A stretch of DNA of 64,000 nt from a virus, in IMG/VR virus record IMGVR_UViG_3300021142_000021, positions 18,376 through 82,375 of that record; one strand, 5' to 3'. The notes beneath the pieces were generated by a model. The model did not search any database. It was given only the letters and a program-made list of their open reading frames with translations, and was not told the DNA's origin. Position numbers and translations under genes: made by a program. Below, one piece after another: positions 1-11,600 of the stretch (within the stretch, counting starts at the first letter, position 1; each line of letters opens with the position of its first letter).

Positions 1-74
1 GTGGATTAACAGCAACACAGAGAATAGGTCAGCAATTGCCCCAAAAGTCTTCACCATAATTTTAACAGGTACAT

Positions 75-2639
75 ATGTCGTATACAGATACACTAACCAG
101 AACAACAAAAACAACGAAATCTGATGCCGGCGAGGCAATGGGTCGGTCATCGCCGCTGACTGGGTTGTTTATAGGATTTATAAAAGAAGCGACAGACGTC
201 CAAAGAAACGGTAGATTACGTGTGTGGATTCCAGAATTTGGCTCTGCACCAGATAACCCCGATGGATGGACGATTTGCAGCTATTGTTCACCGTTTGCTG
301 GTGCGACAAACGTCGATACTATAAGCAAGACAGACACTCATTCATTTGATCAGACGCAGACATCATACGGTATGTGGATGGTGCCGCCTGACATTAATAA
401 TGAAGTATTGGTAATGTTTATTAATGGTGATGCATCTAGAGGGATATGGATTGGATGCCTGTATAATCAGTTTATGAATAATATGATTCCCGGTATGGCT
501 GCAGATGCTAAGAACTGGGAATATCCGGGCAAGGTTATACCTGTTGCCGAATATAATAAATGGGATAACATTGATACTCCTGATCGAGCAATTAAACCGT
601 ATCAGAAGACGAAATTTAAAGGTGTCGGTAATCAGGGACTTATTAACGATAAAGGTCGCGGCACAACAACATCCGGCGCAAGACGCGAAGCGCCAAGTAC
701 TGTATTCGGTATTATTACTCCGGGACCATTAATTGATAGCAATGTGACCTCTGATAAGTTTAGAAGAAAAGGTGGCTCATCCTTTATTATGGATGACGGC
801 GATGGTACAGAGTATGTTCAGCTTGTTACAAAGACAGGTGCCCAGATTAGACTAGATGAAACCAATGGTTTTGTTTACATGATTAATCGAGATGGTACAG
901 CATGGGTTCAGATGGATCAAACTGGAAACATAGATATCTTTAGTGCTGCTACTATCTCCTTACGCGGCCAGAAAGATATCAATATTCGTGCAGACAGAAA
1001 TGTAAATATTGAGGCGGGACAAAACGTCTTTATAAAGGCAGCGAAAGATACAATACAAGAAACTACTGTATTCACATATGATGTAAATAATGTACCGAAA
1101 ACAAAGACTATCCCTGTCTGGAACTATAAAGGCGAGGGACTCGGTGACGGTGGCAATATTGTTATGCAGGCTCTTAATAACTGGCACAGCACTACACAAA
1201 ATAATGCATTCTTAACTGTTGTTAATAATGATATGGACATTGATATCGGTAATGCATTTAGTCTTACAACAATTGCAGCAGGTCAAGATTATAATGCTAA
1301 ATTAGGTATTAAGATGTCTACTCAAGCTTCTATAGATTTAGTGGCAACAAGTAATATCAGAGTAGGAGCAAATGGTAGCGTATCTGTTGTAGGTATGGGC
1401 GATGTCGTATTATGTACTAGTGCTAATATGAGTCTTAATGCATCAGGTAATATTATAGAAACTGCTGCAGGATCATTCTCGTTAGATGCATCATTTGTGG
1501 GAATTGGCACTAGCGTTGGTATTAATGGAAACTTAGATGTCACTGGCAATATAACAGGCGGCACCATAGTAGGAAATTTCCCGGGACTTCGCGGCGGCGA
1601 TGGCGCCACAACTGGCGGCCCTGGTGCAGCACCATCACTAAGTTCACCTATTGCTGCACAACCTGCAATGACATCAGGTGTTGCTAAACAAGCCGAAATA
1701 AAACCACTTGTTGAGAAAATTAATATTCTTGCAACCTGGATTCCTACTGTAACATACCCTAAGTGGAAAAAAGATACGGCATACAATTCTGGCGATCTTA
1801 TTACCAATAATGATATTATATACATATGCAATGCAGGTGGCCAACCACCATCGGCAACATTTCCTGCACAACAATGGACAATACTTATTCCAGAAGATAA
1901 GTTTAAGAGAAAGGCCGAGTCTTTAGAAACAACACTTTCTAGACTTCCTACATATGAACCGTGCCCAGAACATGAAAACTTTGGTTTTGGATCTATTAGC
2001 GGTTATACACCAAAACAGACAGAAGCATCTAAGACATATGAAGGTTCGGGTGGTGCAGGTGGCGGAGCAACATCGTCGCCGGCGACTAACACAACACCGG
2101 GTGCAAATAATAAAGATATTGCACCTGTACCAGCCGAAGATAGTGCAATATCCAAAGACTTTAACATGGCCGCTTATCAATGCGAACTAAAGATAAACGA
2201 AGGTGTAAAATACGTCTCTTATAAGGATACAAAGGGTTTGCCAACAGGCGGCATTGGTCACTTATTGCGTCAAAATGAAATATCACAATATCCTGTACCG
2301 ACTACTATTTCCGAAGCACAAGTCAACACTTGGTTCCAGTCTGATGCGCCAAGTTCAATAGGTGGCGCACAACGATTATTAGGTATGGATTGTTGGAGTG
2401 GTTTATCTGATATTAGAAAACGTGCATGTGCAGACTTATGTTACAATATGGGTGAAGGTGGATTATCCAAATTCAAGAGCTTCTTAGCAGCAATGAAGGC
2501 AGGTAATTTCAATGAAGCTGGAGCACAATTAAAGAGTTCTGCTTGGTTTAACCAGGTAGGACAACGTGGTCCACGAATTATAACAATGATTGTACAAAAC
2601 GTCGACAGCAACGGTTGCGATAAAAAGTGGCCGACATGA
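75..2639 (+). CDS. Baseplate hub/spike protein (T4 gp5/VgrG-like) with a CBM-like insert and C-terminal phage lysozyme (GH24)
   Basis: N-terminal OB-fold-like GRLRVWIPEF...PPDINNEVLVMF, beta-helix repeats, W-x5-Y-x2-GD-x6-YIC module, lysozyme motif EGVKYVSYKDTKGLPTGGIGHLL. Confidence 0.85.
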   Translation: MSYTDTLTRTTKTTKSDAGEAMGRSSPLTGLFIGFIKEATDVQRNGRLRVWIPEFGSAPDNPDGWTICSYCSPFAGATNVDTISKTDTHSFDQTQTSYGMWMVPPDINNEVLVMFINGDASRGIWIGCLYNQFMNNMIPGMAADAKNWEYPGKVIPVAEYNKWDNIDTPDRAIKPYQKTKFKGVGNQGLINDKGRGTTTSGARREAPSTVFGIITPGPLIDSNVTSDKFRRKGGSSFIMDDGDGTEYVQLVTKTGAQIRLDETNGFVYMINRDGTAWVQMDQTGNIDIFSAATISLRGQKDINIRADRNVNIEAGQNVFIKAAKDTIQETTVFTYDVNNVPKTKTIPVWNYKGEGLGDGGNIVMQALNNWHSTTQNNAFLTVVNNDMDIDIGNAFSLTTIAAGQDYNAKLGIKMSTQASIDLVATSNIRVGANGSVSVVGMGDVVLCTSANMSLNASGNIIETAAGSFSLDASFVGIGTSVGINGNLDVTGNITGGTIVGNFPGLRGGDGATTGGPGAAPSLSSPIAAQPAMTSGVAKQAEIKPLVEKINILATWIPTVTYPKWKKDTAYNSGDLITNNDIIYICNAGGQPPSATFPAQQWTILIPEDKFKRKAESLETTLSRLPTYEPCPEHENFGFGSISGYTPKQTEASKTYEGSGGAGGGATSSPATNTTPGANNKDIAPVPAEDSAISKDFNMAAYQCELKINEGVKYVSYKDTKGLPTGGIGHLLRQNEISQYPVPTTISEAQVNTWFQSDAPSSIGGAQRLLGMDCWSGLSDIRKRACADLCYNMGEGGLSKFKSFLAAMKAGNFNEAGAQLKSSAWFNQVGQRGPRIITMIVQNVDSNGCDKKWPT

Positions 2640-2645
2640 TAAATA
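2638..2645 (+). promoter_or_regulatory. Late promoter GATAAATA (T4 TATAAATA-like)
   Basis: Recurrent motif, here 4 nt before ATG 2650. Confidence 0.65.
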
Positions 2646-2649
2646 TAGT

Positions 2650-3375
2650 ATGAACTATATACAACATTATAATAATCTAATAGATCGAGCAAAATATAGA
2701 AATCTCGAAATATATAAAGAACAACATCATATATTACCGATATGCATAGGTGGGACGAATCATAAAGATAATCTTGTTTATCTTACACCCGAAGAACATC
2801 TTATTGCACACTTGTTATTGATTAAAATATATAATGATCCTAAGTTAATATATGCGGCTAAGTGGATGACAAATCGTGTAAAAAATAATAAAGAATATGG
2901 GTGGTTAAGAAAAAAACATTCGGAAATAATGTCGAATCGAATTATTTCTAATGAAACAAAACAAAAGATGTCTATAGCTCAGAAGAATAGACCAAAAGAC
3001 GTACAAGACAGAATAACTTATGCCCAACAAAATAGATCTCCCGAAACAAGAAAGAATATGTCAGATGCACATATGGGACATATAGTATCAGATGAGACAA
3101 AAGAAAAAATTAGAAACGCAAATATAGGTAGACGACATACAGAAGAAACCAAACAGAAAATGTCTGCATCCCGATCGGGAGAAAAGAATCATAGTTTTGG
3201 AAAAAGTCCAACCCAAGAGACACGATTGAAAATGAAAGAATCGGCTAAAAATAGGCCACCACAGTCAGCAGAGACAAAAAGAAAGAAATCTGAAAAATTA
3301 AAAGGCAGAATTATGTCTACTGAAACAAAACAGAAGATGCGAGACGCTGCAAATAAACGATATCATAAGGAATAA
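2650..3375 (+). CDS. HNH homing endonuclease with NUMOD3 repeats
   Basis: EQHHILPICIGG...NLVYLTPEEHLIAHLLL; repeated SxETKxKMS; start moved to ATG 2650. Confidence 0.9.
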   Translation: MNYIQHYNNLIDRAKYRNLEIYKEQHHILPICIGGTNHKDNLVYLTPEEHLIAHLLLIKIYNDPKLIYAAKWMTNRVKNNKEYGWLRKKHSEIMSNRIISNETKQKMSIAQKNRPKDVQDRITYAQQNRSPETRKNMSDAHMGHIVSDETKEKIRNANIGRRHTEETKQKMSASRSGEKNHSFGKSPTQETRLKMKESAKNRPPQSAETKRKKSEKLKGRIMSTETKQKMRDAANKRYHKE

Positions 3376-3376
3376 T

Positions 3377-4156
3377 ATGGCCGGATGTAAAGCGCCCACT
3401 GTGATTGTTGGTGGAGTGACAATGTCAACAAGCGATGCCGAAAATGCCCAGGCATTATTAGAAGAACTCGGCGGCGATAACGGCGATCCAACATTCGACG
3501 AATACAATAGTAACATAGCCGGCGGCAATAATGCAAATGGTGCCAATGGTGTCCAGGTAGGTAATCCATCGACACAAACATCGTTGCCCGGGCCAAATAC
3601 AACACCTCCATTTGCTTCCGATGACAAGGTTCCGCCATATATTCCAGGTAAACCAGTACCTCAAGGAGCATGGTCCGGCGATTATGACGAACCATTAAGT
3701 CCTAATTTTAAAGTCAGAGATTTTACTATCAATGCATTCTTCCCTAATCAACTTACTAATTTTACGGATATTACAGATCGATTTAATAATTTAAAGGCCC
3801 TGGCTGTGAATGTAGCAGAACCACTTTTGGCTAAATTTGGTAAGTTTAGAATAAATTCTTCTATAAGAAATCAGGAAACTTGTCCCGGCCCTAATCATAG
3901 TCAACACACGCAAGGTATGGCTATGGATATACAATTTCCGGGATGGAGTCTCGATAAGTATTGGGAAATGGCACCGTGGATAAGGGATAATTTACCGTAT
4001 GATCAAATGATATACGAGTATAGTGATAAGTCAGGATCTGTATGGTATCACCTAAGTTATAATCAGGCCGGTAATCGAAAACCCGGTGATCCGTTGAAAG
4101 TTATGACAATGTGGCATAATAAATATGACCATGGCGGGCTAAAAAGGTACGCATAG
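3377..4156 (+). CDS. Peptidase M15A-family (D-Ala-D-Ala carboxypeptidase-like) baseplate-associated peptidoglycan hydrolase
   Basis: LSPNF...INSSIR...SQHTQGMAMD...WYHLSY zinc motifs. Confidence 0.8.
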   Translation: MAGCKAPTVIVGGVTMSTSDAENAQALLEELGGDNGDPTFDEYNSNIAGGNNANGANGVQVGNPSTQTSLPGPNTTPPFASDDKVPPYIPGKPVPQGAWSGDYDEPLSPNFKVRDFTINAFFPNQLTNFTDITDRFNNLKALAVNVAEPLLAKFGKFRINSSIRNQETCPGPNHSQHTQGMAMDIQFPGWSLDKYWEMAPWIRDNLPYDQMIYEYSDKSGSVWYHLSYNQAGNRKPGDPLKVMTMWHNKYDHGGLKRYA

Positions 4157-4174
4157 ACACCGAAATAAATACCT

Positions 4175-4195
4175 ATATAATTTTCTTGATAAATA
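4175..4195 (+). promoter_or_regulatory. Late promoter TATATAATTTTCNTGATAAATA
   Basis: Near-identical copy at 8601-8622. Confidence 0.7.
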
Positions 4196-4211
4196 ACAGA
4201 AAGAGAATTAT

Positions 4212-4631
4212 ATGGCATCAAATCAGCGTGGGTTAGTTCAGAAAAACATCATAACAAGGAAACCCTACTTTGTTGGATTCAACACGGTAAACCAGCCCTC
4301 ACCTCCGTATTCGATGACTAATATTAATTTAGTCAAGAGAGATATCCTGAATCAATTTGCTACACCACTGGGAACTAGACTAATGTTGCCGGGATTTGGT
4401 ACAAACATTTATAGCTATTTGTTTGATCCGTTTGATGATTATACTAAAAATGCAATTATTGAAGATGCCGTAAGAGTTGTACAAGACGAACCGCGAGTAG
4501 AACTTGTATCTATTGATGTCTTCCAAAGTGACCAAGCATTAACTATTGCTATGGTATTATTATTTGTACCAGAATCTATTACTGATAGTTTATTTGCTAC
4601 ATTCTCGCTAACCGATAAGGAATCGTTCTAA
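4212..4631 (+). CDS. Baseplate wedge protein, gp25-like
   Basis: LVKRDILNQFATPLGTRLMLPGFGT...DEPRV. Confidence 0.9.
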   Translation: MASNQRGLVQKNIITRKPYFVGFNTVNQPSPPYSMTNINLVKRDILNQFATPLGTRLMLPGFGTNIYSYLFDPFDDYTKNAIIEDAVRVVQDEPRVELVSIDVFQSDQALTIAMVLLFVPESITDSLFATFSLTDKESF

Positions 4632-7600
4632 TGTCTGAAAGTATTCGCCAGTCAAATCTTTTCGCCTCAGAAGATTATAAGAAAGTCTTTCAGGCATATC
4701 AATTTATTGATTATACAGCCTATGACTTCGACACACTAAAGCAGGCAATGATTAATTATATTCAGATCTATTATCCTGAAGATTTTAACGATTATGTTGA
4801 AAGTTCTGAATTTATTGCAATCATCGAACTTATTGCATACTTCGGAACAAGTTTAGCATTTAGAACTGACTTAAATAGTCGCGAAAACTTTATTGATACA
4901 GCCGAACGTAGAGAAAGTATTATCCGTTTAGCTCAGATGGTTAATTATGTTCCAAGTAGAAATATTGCCGCAGCTGGATTATTTAAGGTTGCGTCTGTGC
5001 AAACAAATCAGCCACTTACTGATGCAAACGGTATTAATATTGGTTCTCGTTCGGTATATTGGAACGATCCCAATAATCCAGATTGGTTTGACCAATTTGT
5101 GCAAATTTGTAATGCTGCATTTAGCTCGCTAAATCCGTTCGGTCGTCCTACAAAAAGCGGAGTAATAGGAAATATTCCAACTGACCTATACCAGTTAAAT
5201 AATGTTACAAGACAAAATGTTACATATCCGGCTATTATTACTATCAATAGTCAGCAGTATCCTATAGATATCTGTAATCCAGATTTTATATCTAATCAAA
5301 CAATCTTTGAGAGGGATCCAGATCCTGATAACGCATTTAATTTCTTATACAGAAATGATAGTCTCGGTGTCGCATCTGCAAATACTGGGTTCTTTCTATA
5401 CTTTAAGCAAGGCAATTTAATAAACACAGATACGAATTTTGATTTCCCTGTGCCAAATAGATTATTCCCGATTGATATTCAGAATATTAATCAAGATGAC
5501 GTGTATGTTCAACAGACGGATCAGACAGGTACGGTTATAAACAAATGGCTTAAGGTGCCTGCACTCGCCGGGGAAAATATTATCTACAATAGTATTCAGT
5601 TTGCACAAAGAAATATTTTTGACGTATTATCTGGTGCTAATGATACTGTCACTATAAGATTTGCTGATGGTAATTTCGGTAATGTACCGACAGGATTATT
5701 TAGATTCTGGACTCGTATTAGTGCAAATCAAGCTCTTGTTATTAGACCAAATGATGCACAAGGTCTTCAGATCAATATTCCTTATATTGGAGTAGATCAG
5801 CAATCATATACATTGCAAGTTATTTTCAATTTAGAACAAACAATTGGTAATGCTGCTCCATCAGAAACTAATGATCAAATTAGATTGCGTGCTCCAGAAG
5901 TATTCTCAACGCAATCTCGTATGGTTAATGGTAGTGACTATAATGTTCTACCACTTATTTACGGTAATCAGATTACAAAGTTACAGGCAATAGCTAGAAC
6001 ATTTAGTGGAGATAGTCGTTATATCGACCTAAATGACCCAACTGGTTTCCATAAGGATTTAATTATATTCGGGCAAGATGGTGCATTATTTAGAGATAAT
6101 CAAAACGTATTAACAGAAGTTATACAAGACTCATCTAACTCGGGAACAATTAATCAGATCCTTGTAAACACAATTCAGTCAATGTTGCAAGATCCTAAAG
6201 TTAATAAGTTCTTCTATGATGAATACGTGCCTCAATTCGAGTCTACGATTAGAGTTAATCCGCCAAACACCGGTAGATCATTACTGGATTTAGTGCCAAC
6301 ATTGGGTGATCCTTCGTCGCCACTATTCTGGCAGACAAGCCCTGCTAAATTTAAAAATACAACAGGGTTCTTTAGTGGAGCAGCGGGTTCTCCTACAGCC
6401 TTACCATTAGTAAATACACTCACACCAGATAATCTTCCAAACAGTGTGTATGAACCGTGGAACCTTATATCTGCAGGGGCAGTATTACAATTTGAATTAC
6501 CAGGAGACTCAACTACACTGAACTCGGCAGGGGTGAATAGTGTTATTCAAAATGGTATTCCACAAATTGTTAATCCATTAAATCCATATGCTAATATCGG
6601 CCCGATAGAATTGGGTGTGAATGAACAAGTGAATTATCGCGCAGCAAAGGTGTATCCTGCTTTTAGAAATGTATTAAATTCTACAGAAATTAACGGTAAT
6701 GGTGGGTCCGAACCTACAGGATTCTATGGAATTAACAACAGAATAAATGATGGACAATCATTCTGGATGTATTATGATTTATTAACAGACGAATGGCATA
6801 CATTTGCGAATCCGGGAGCAGGCGTATCACAACCGTTTGAATATGCACCTGCCGATATTGATATAATAAGCGGGACTCCACAAATCTATTCAACAACTAA
6901 TTGGACAACAACAACACAGGGTGGTCTATTATATATTTCTATTGTTCCTAATCTAGATACAACAGTAACATATGATCTAACGGCTAGAGGCCGAGTTTAC
7001 GTTTTTGAATCATATAGAGATGTTAGATTCTATTGGGAACCAAATAAAGTTATTATCGATAATGCCTCTGGATTAGCATTGCAAGATTCTATTGAATTTA
7101 TGCCCTTCATTAATACAAATGCTTCTATTGATAACAACTTACCGCCAGCGCCACCAATTAATGGTCTAACAGCATTTCTGAATGCTCGGGTTGATTTTAA
7201 TATCTCCGGAGTATATATTCAGGACGATGGATATCTTGATAATGCCAAAGTGCAGATATCACTTGTTGATGTAAATGGTGATGGTATACCCGATGACCCA
7301 GGTGCATTTGACAGAATAGTTTCAACAACAGATAGAGTTGTGTTTGAATATTATACAGATGCTATATCCGGTTATCAAAGTACTCGTCCGTGGATTTCTA
7401 GGTGGAAAACTAATCTAGAAAATATATCTACACCATTATATGTTTATTTCCCTATGTTAACCCCGGGAAGTGATATAACAATTTACAGTTCACCATATAT
7501 AGCAGATCAAATATTAACAGGTACAGATATTCTTAATCCTGGCGGCGTTAGTGGACTTAATTATGTATATATGGATTCTGTAGATTTACTATTCATTAAT

Positions 7601-8596
7601 AATCTAGCACAACTTCATTATACAGATCCAATCGGCCACCCAGCACCATATGTTGTTAGTATTGCTAATCAATTAAGTTTATTTTTCAATAATACTAGCT
7701 CATCAACTGATGCAATTATATCTGCAATTTATCCTTGGTTGGCAGGAACATATACTCTAGTTAATAAATCAAGTACTTTAACAACATACTTCTTAAATAA
7801 GAGTTATCTAATACCTAATACTCCGGGATTTGGCGTATATTATACATTCGGGTTTGTGACTACATCTAATACAGGGTATATCACTGGCAGCGTAATAGAA
7901 GATGCACTAGATACAACTCATTATGATAAAAATGGTAAATCGTTTACTCAAAATACAACGGTACCTACGGCACAACAATTGCCGGTATACTTCAAATGGA
8001 GTCATTATTCCCCGATTGACCAACGAATAGACCCGGCAGCAACAAATATTATTGATATGCTTGTTATTACTAATAGTTTCTATACCGATATGATAAATTG
8101 GAGAAATAGTAATGGAACTGTTCTTACTTTACCTGCATCGCCAACAACAGAAGATCTTAGAATACAATTTCAGAACTTAGATCAATATAAAATGGTTAGC
8201 GATTCAATGATATGGAATTCGGGTGTATTTAGATTATTATTCGGCACACAGGCTGCACCAGAATTACAGGCAACTTTTAAAGTAGTAAAGGCAGCATCAA
8301 CAAACATTAGCGATAATGAAGTTAAGACAATGGTTATAACTGCTATAGATCAATATTTTGATATCAGGAACTGGGATTTTGGTGAAAACTTCTTCTATAC
8401 AGAACTTGCAGCATTCATACATCAGCAACTTTCTACAATTATTAGCACTGTTGTTATTGTGCCTAATAGTGCCAATTCGTTATTTGGTAACTTATTTGAA
8501 ATTATAGCAAAACCTAACGAATTGTTTATGTCAACTGCAACAGTAAATAATGTGCAGATAGTGTCCGGTTTAACAGACCAAAATCTCCGAGTTTAA
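4631..8596 (+). CDS. Baseplate wedge subunit, gp6-like
   Basis: YDFDTLK...ENFIDTAERRESIIRLAQMVNY, IRFADGNFG, ETNDQIRLRAP...RMVNGSDY; follows gp25. Confidence 0.85.
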   Translation: MSESIRQSNLFASEDYKKVFQAYQFIDYTAYDFDTLKQAMINYIQIYYPEDFNDYVESSEFIAIIELIAYFGTSLAFRTDLNSRENFIDTAERRESIIRLAQMVNYVPSRNIAAAGLFKVASVQTNQPLTDANGINIGSRSVYWNDPNNPDWFDQFVQICNAAFSSLNPFGRPTKSGVIGNIPTDLYQLNNVTRQNVTYPAIITINSQQYPIDICNPDFISNQTIFERDPDPDNAFNFLYRNDSLGVASANTGFFLYFKQGNLINTDTNFDFPVPNRLFPIDIQNINQDDVYVQQTDQTGTVINKWLKVPALAGENIIYNSIQFAQRNIFDVLSGANDTVTIRFADGNFGNVPTGLFRFWTRISANQALVIRPNDAQGLQINIPYIGVDQQSYTLQVIFNLEQTIGNAAPSETNDQIRLRAPEVFSTQSRMVNGSDYNVLPLIYGNQITKLQAIARTFSGDSRYIDLNDPTGFHKDLIIFGQDGALFRDNQNVLTEVIQDSSNSGTINQILVNTIQSMLQDPKVNKFFYDEYVPQFESTIRVNPPNTGRSLLDLVPTLGDPSSPLFWQTSPAKFKNTTGFFSGAAGSPTALPLVNTLTPDNLPNSVYEPWNLISAGAVLQFELPGDSTTLNSAGVNSVIQNGIPQIVNPLNPYANIGPIELGVNEQVNYRAAKVYPAFRNVLNSTEINGNGGSEPTGFYGINNRINDGQSFWMYYDLLTDEWHTFANPGAGVSQPFEYAPADIDIISGTPQIYSTTNWTTTTQGGLLYISIVPNLDTTVTYDLTARGRVYVFESYRDVRFYWEPNKVIIDNASGLALQDSIEFMPFINTNASIDNNLPPAPPINGLTAFLNARVDFNISGVYIQDDGYLDNAKVQISLVDVNGDGIPDDPGAFDRIVSTTDRVVFEYYTDAISGYQSTRPWISRWKTNLENISTPLYVYFPMLTPGSDITIYSSPYIADQILTGTDILNPGGVSGLNYVYMDSVDLLFINNLAQLHYTDPIGHPAPYVVSIANQLSLFFNNTSSSTDAIISAIYPWLAGTYTLVNKSSTLTTYFLNKSYLIPNTPGFGVYYTFGFVTTSNTGYITGSVIEDALDTTHYDKNGKSFTQNTTVPTAQQLPVYFKWSHYSPIDQRIDPAATNIIDMLVITNSFYTDMINWRNSNGTVLTLPASPTTEDLRIQFQNLDQYKMVSDSMIWNSGVFRLLFGTQAAPELQATFKVVKAASTNISDNEVKTMVITAIDQYFDIRNWDFGENFFYTELAAFIHQQLSTIISTVVIVPNSANSLFGNLFEIIAKPNELFMSTATVNNVQIVSGLTDQNLRV

Positions 8597-8600
8597 ACTG

Positions 8601-8655
8601 TATATAATTTTCGTGATAAATACTGAAAAGAGATAGTCATGCACATGGCTATCTC
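8601..8655 (+). promoter_or_regulatory. Late promoter (GATAAATA 8615-8622) followed by a 5' stem-loop
   Basis: gagatagtcat-gcac-atggctatctc hairpin at 8630-8655. Confidence 0.6.
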
Positions 8656-8672
8656 GTACAACGGAAATCATA

Positions 8673-11600
8673 ATGACTCAGTATATTAAAAAACTGCCGG
8701 CGGTATTTCAGACAGTAACTGAAACAAAATTCTTTGATGCTACATTTGATCAAATTTTCTCAAAGAGAGATAGTGATTTATTGGCAGGATATTTAGGACG
8801 TAGAGTAGCCGGAAATTATAATCCTGTTACTGATTTTTATCTTCCAGAACCTAATAAGAACAGAACATGGTGGCAACTAGAAGCAACAGCATACGCACAA
8901 GATGCTAGTAGCAATAAAACGAATATTTTCTTTTATGAAGACCTATTAGATAATATCGAATATTACGGTGGTAATATTCTTAATCAAGATAGACTATTTG
9001 AGTCTGAATATTATAGCTTCGGGCCTCCGATCGACTATGATATGTTTATTAACTACCAAAATTATTATTGGGTCGAGCAGGGATTAACTACAATCACTAT
9101 TACTGGTGTAACCGGTGCCGATATTATTGGTAAACCATCATTTAATACAAATGATGTTTCGGGTGCCACACCTGCTAATTTAACTATTACAACTGGCATG
9201 TCCATTTCATTGGCTGATGACCCATTATATTCCGCTTCTCACACAGTTGAGAATATTGGTGGGTGCATAGGTATTCAATTAGTCCCGCAGTTTCCAGATT
9301 ATACTCCGGGAACTATTTTTGAATTCTTACCCTGGGACGGATCTATACTACTATCTACTGGTAGAATTATAGATAATACGAACTGGGATGCATCTACATG
9401 GGATACTCAGACTCAGCCACTTGCAGGTGATTATATAACAATCGAGCGTGGATCTATTGATAGAAATGCGTGGTCTAGAACCAATAAATGGTTTCATATC
9501 GATGCAATCACCGCAACCATTGCTGCCACAACAACATCCTTCCCTGTAAATGCTACACGAGCATTAAGACCTATTATTCAATTTATAGCTGATCTAACTC
9601 TTTTCAAATCAGGTACACAATTCAGAGCCGATATTAATTACGGATTTGCAGATATATCAGCTAATGTACCAATCTTATTGGCCACCTATCAGGGCGTGCA
9701 GGCATCTATAGTTAATGCTGCCCTTGGAACTGATTTTGTAGGCGGGGAATTAGTCTGTTTCTTTAATGATAAAACAACATTTGGTGTATGGGATATATCG
9801 CGCTGGGAAACGCCACCTGGTTCTTGGGATGCCGGTAACGGAGTAATTAATGATTATATCTTTCAGACAAGCATATTACCGGGCGGACAAATTATTTTCT
9901 CGCCTTACACTGCTTGGTCAACACCTATACTCGAAGGCGATATTCTCTTTATTACAGAAGATGGTCCGTATAACTCTGCGTTAAGAGGGAGCACCTGGTA
10001 CTATAGTTTAGGCACATGGCAAGAAGCACATAATGATAAGATATCTGTTAACCAACCACCAGAGTTTCAGTTGTATGATCATAACGGAATAGGCCTCGAT
10101 AATCCAGTAACTTATCCAGCAAGCACATTTAACGGAAGTAAGATATTCTCTTATAAAGTTGATACAACGCCGGGTGTAACAACAGACCCTGTCTTAGGAT
10201 TCGGTATTATCTATACTGCTCTCGGCCAAGCATCCGACATTGTTTTTCAGAATAATCTTATTACTGACAGATATACATATCAAACTGCAGAATTACCTAT
10301 TAATGGATACTACTATTATAAGGCAGTAACTGATCCTGTACTATATAACAATTGGAATTTATATCAGCCGTGCCCGTGTAATATTACTCCGACGCCTCCT
10401 GCAAATTGTTTAGAGACAAGTAAGCAACGAGTTATTGATAAATTTATAATCGGATATGTATCAGAGTTCCAATTTAAATTAAGTGTTACACCGTATGGTT
10501 ACACATTTGGCGCGGGCGATATTCAACCAACAGCCGATCTATCTGTATCTGTAAATGGAAATCAAATTCAGAATAAAATTGGTGGATTTATATTTTCCGA
10601 AATTAACAATAGTGTGTATGTTGATTTAACTGCATATATCACTAATCTATTAACTACAACTCAAACACAAGCACCTGTTGTTGAAGTACAAACATATACT
10701 CAGGGATTATTAGATCCACTTGCACCGGGTTATTTTGCGATACCGCAACAGTTAGAAGCTAACCCAAATCAGTTAGAAATCTCTGAAATTAGTGGAAGTA
10801 ATCTAACTGAACATTTTGCATCTATTATTGCAAATCAGATCGGTGAAATAGGTATTGCTTTTGGTGGCAATAATAATTATAGAGATACTAGAAAAAATAG
10901 ATCTGTTGGCACCTATATATTACAGAATGTCGCACCTGTATTAAAGACGATGCTTGTATCATCGGAAGATGATCTTGATTTTATTGCAGGAGAAAGATTC
11001 AGTCAAGATGAATATACTAAATTTAAGAACAAGTATTTAAAGACTGCTCTACAACTTATTAATCAGGGATTTAACCCAGTTCAATACCATAATAACACTA
11101 TTGTGGTTAGTGCATGGGTTGAAGAAATTCTAAAAGTTGTAAATATCTCAAATGAATTTTCAAACGCATTTGCATATTCTTACATGATTGCAAATGGTAG
11201 TGCATATTTAAATGAAACAAATAATGTTCCAGTGAGTGGGCTACTAACATTAACAAATTATATTGACTTATCTGATGCAAGAAATGCATTATATATCTAT
11301 GATGTAACCGGACAAGAAACTTTACTTGTAATTGGTGAAGATTATGAGATTGTATCAATGAATCCAATTACTGTGCAATTTACTGCAAATGTTCCTGCTG
11401 GTAGTGCAGTAGTGGCCAATCTATATAAAAATCCTTTGCCGGCATATATTCCATCTACACCATCTAAGATCGGTGCATATCCTACATATCTACCTAGAAT
11501 GGAATGGGATACATCTTATATAAATCCGACAAATGTTATCATTGGTCATGATGGCTCTAAGACAATTGCATATGGTGATTATAGAGATCAGCTTTTATTA

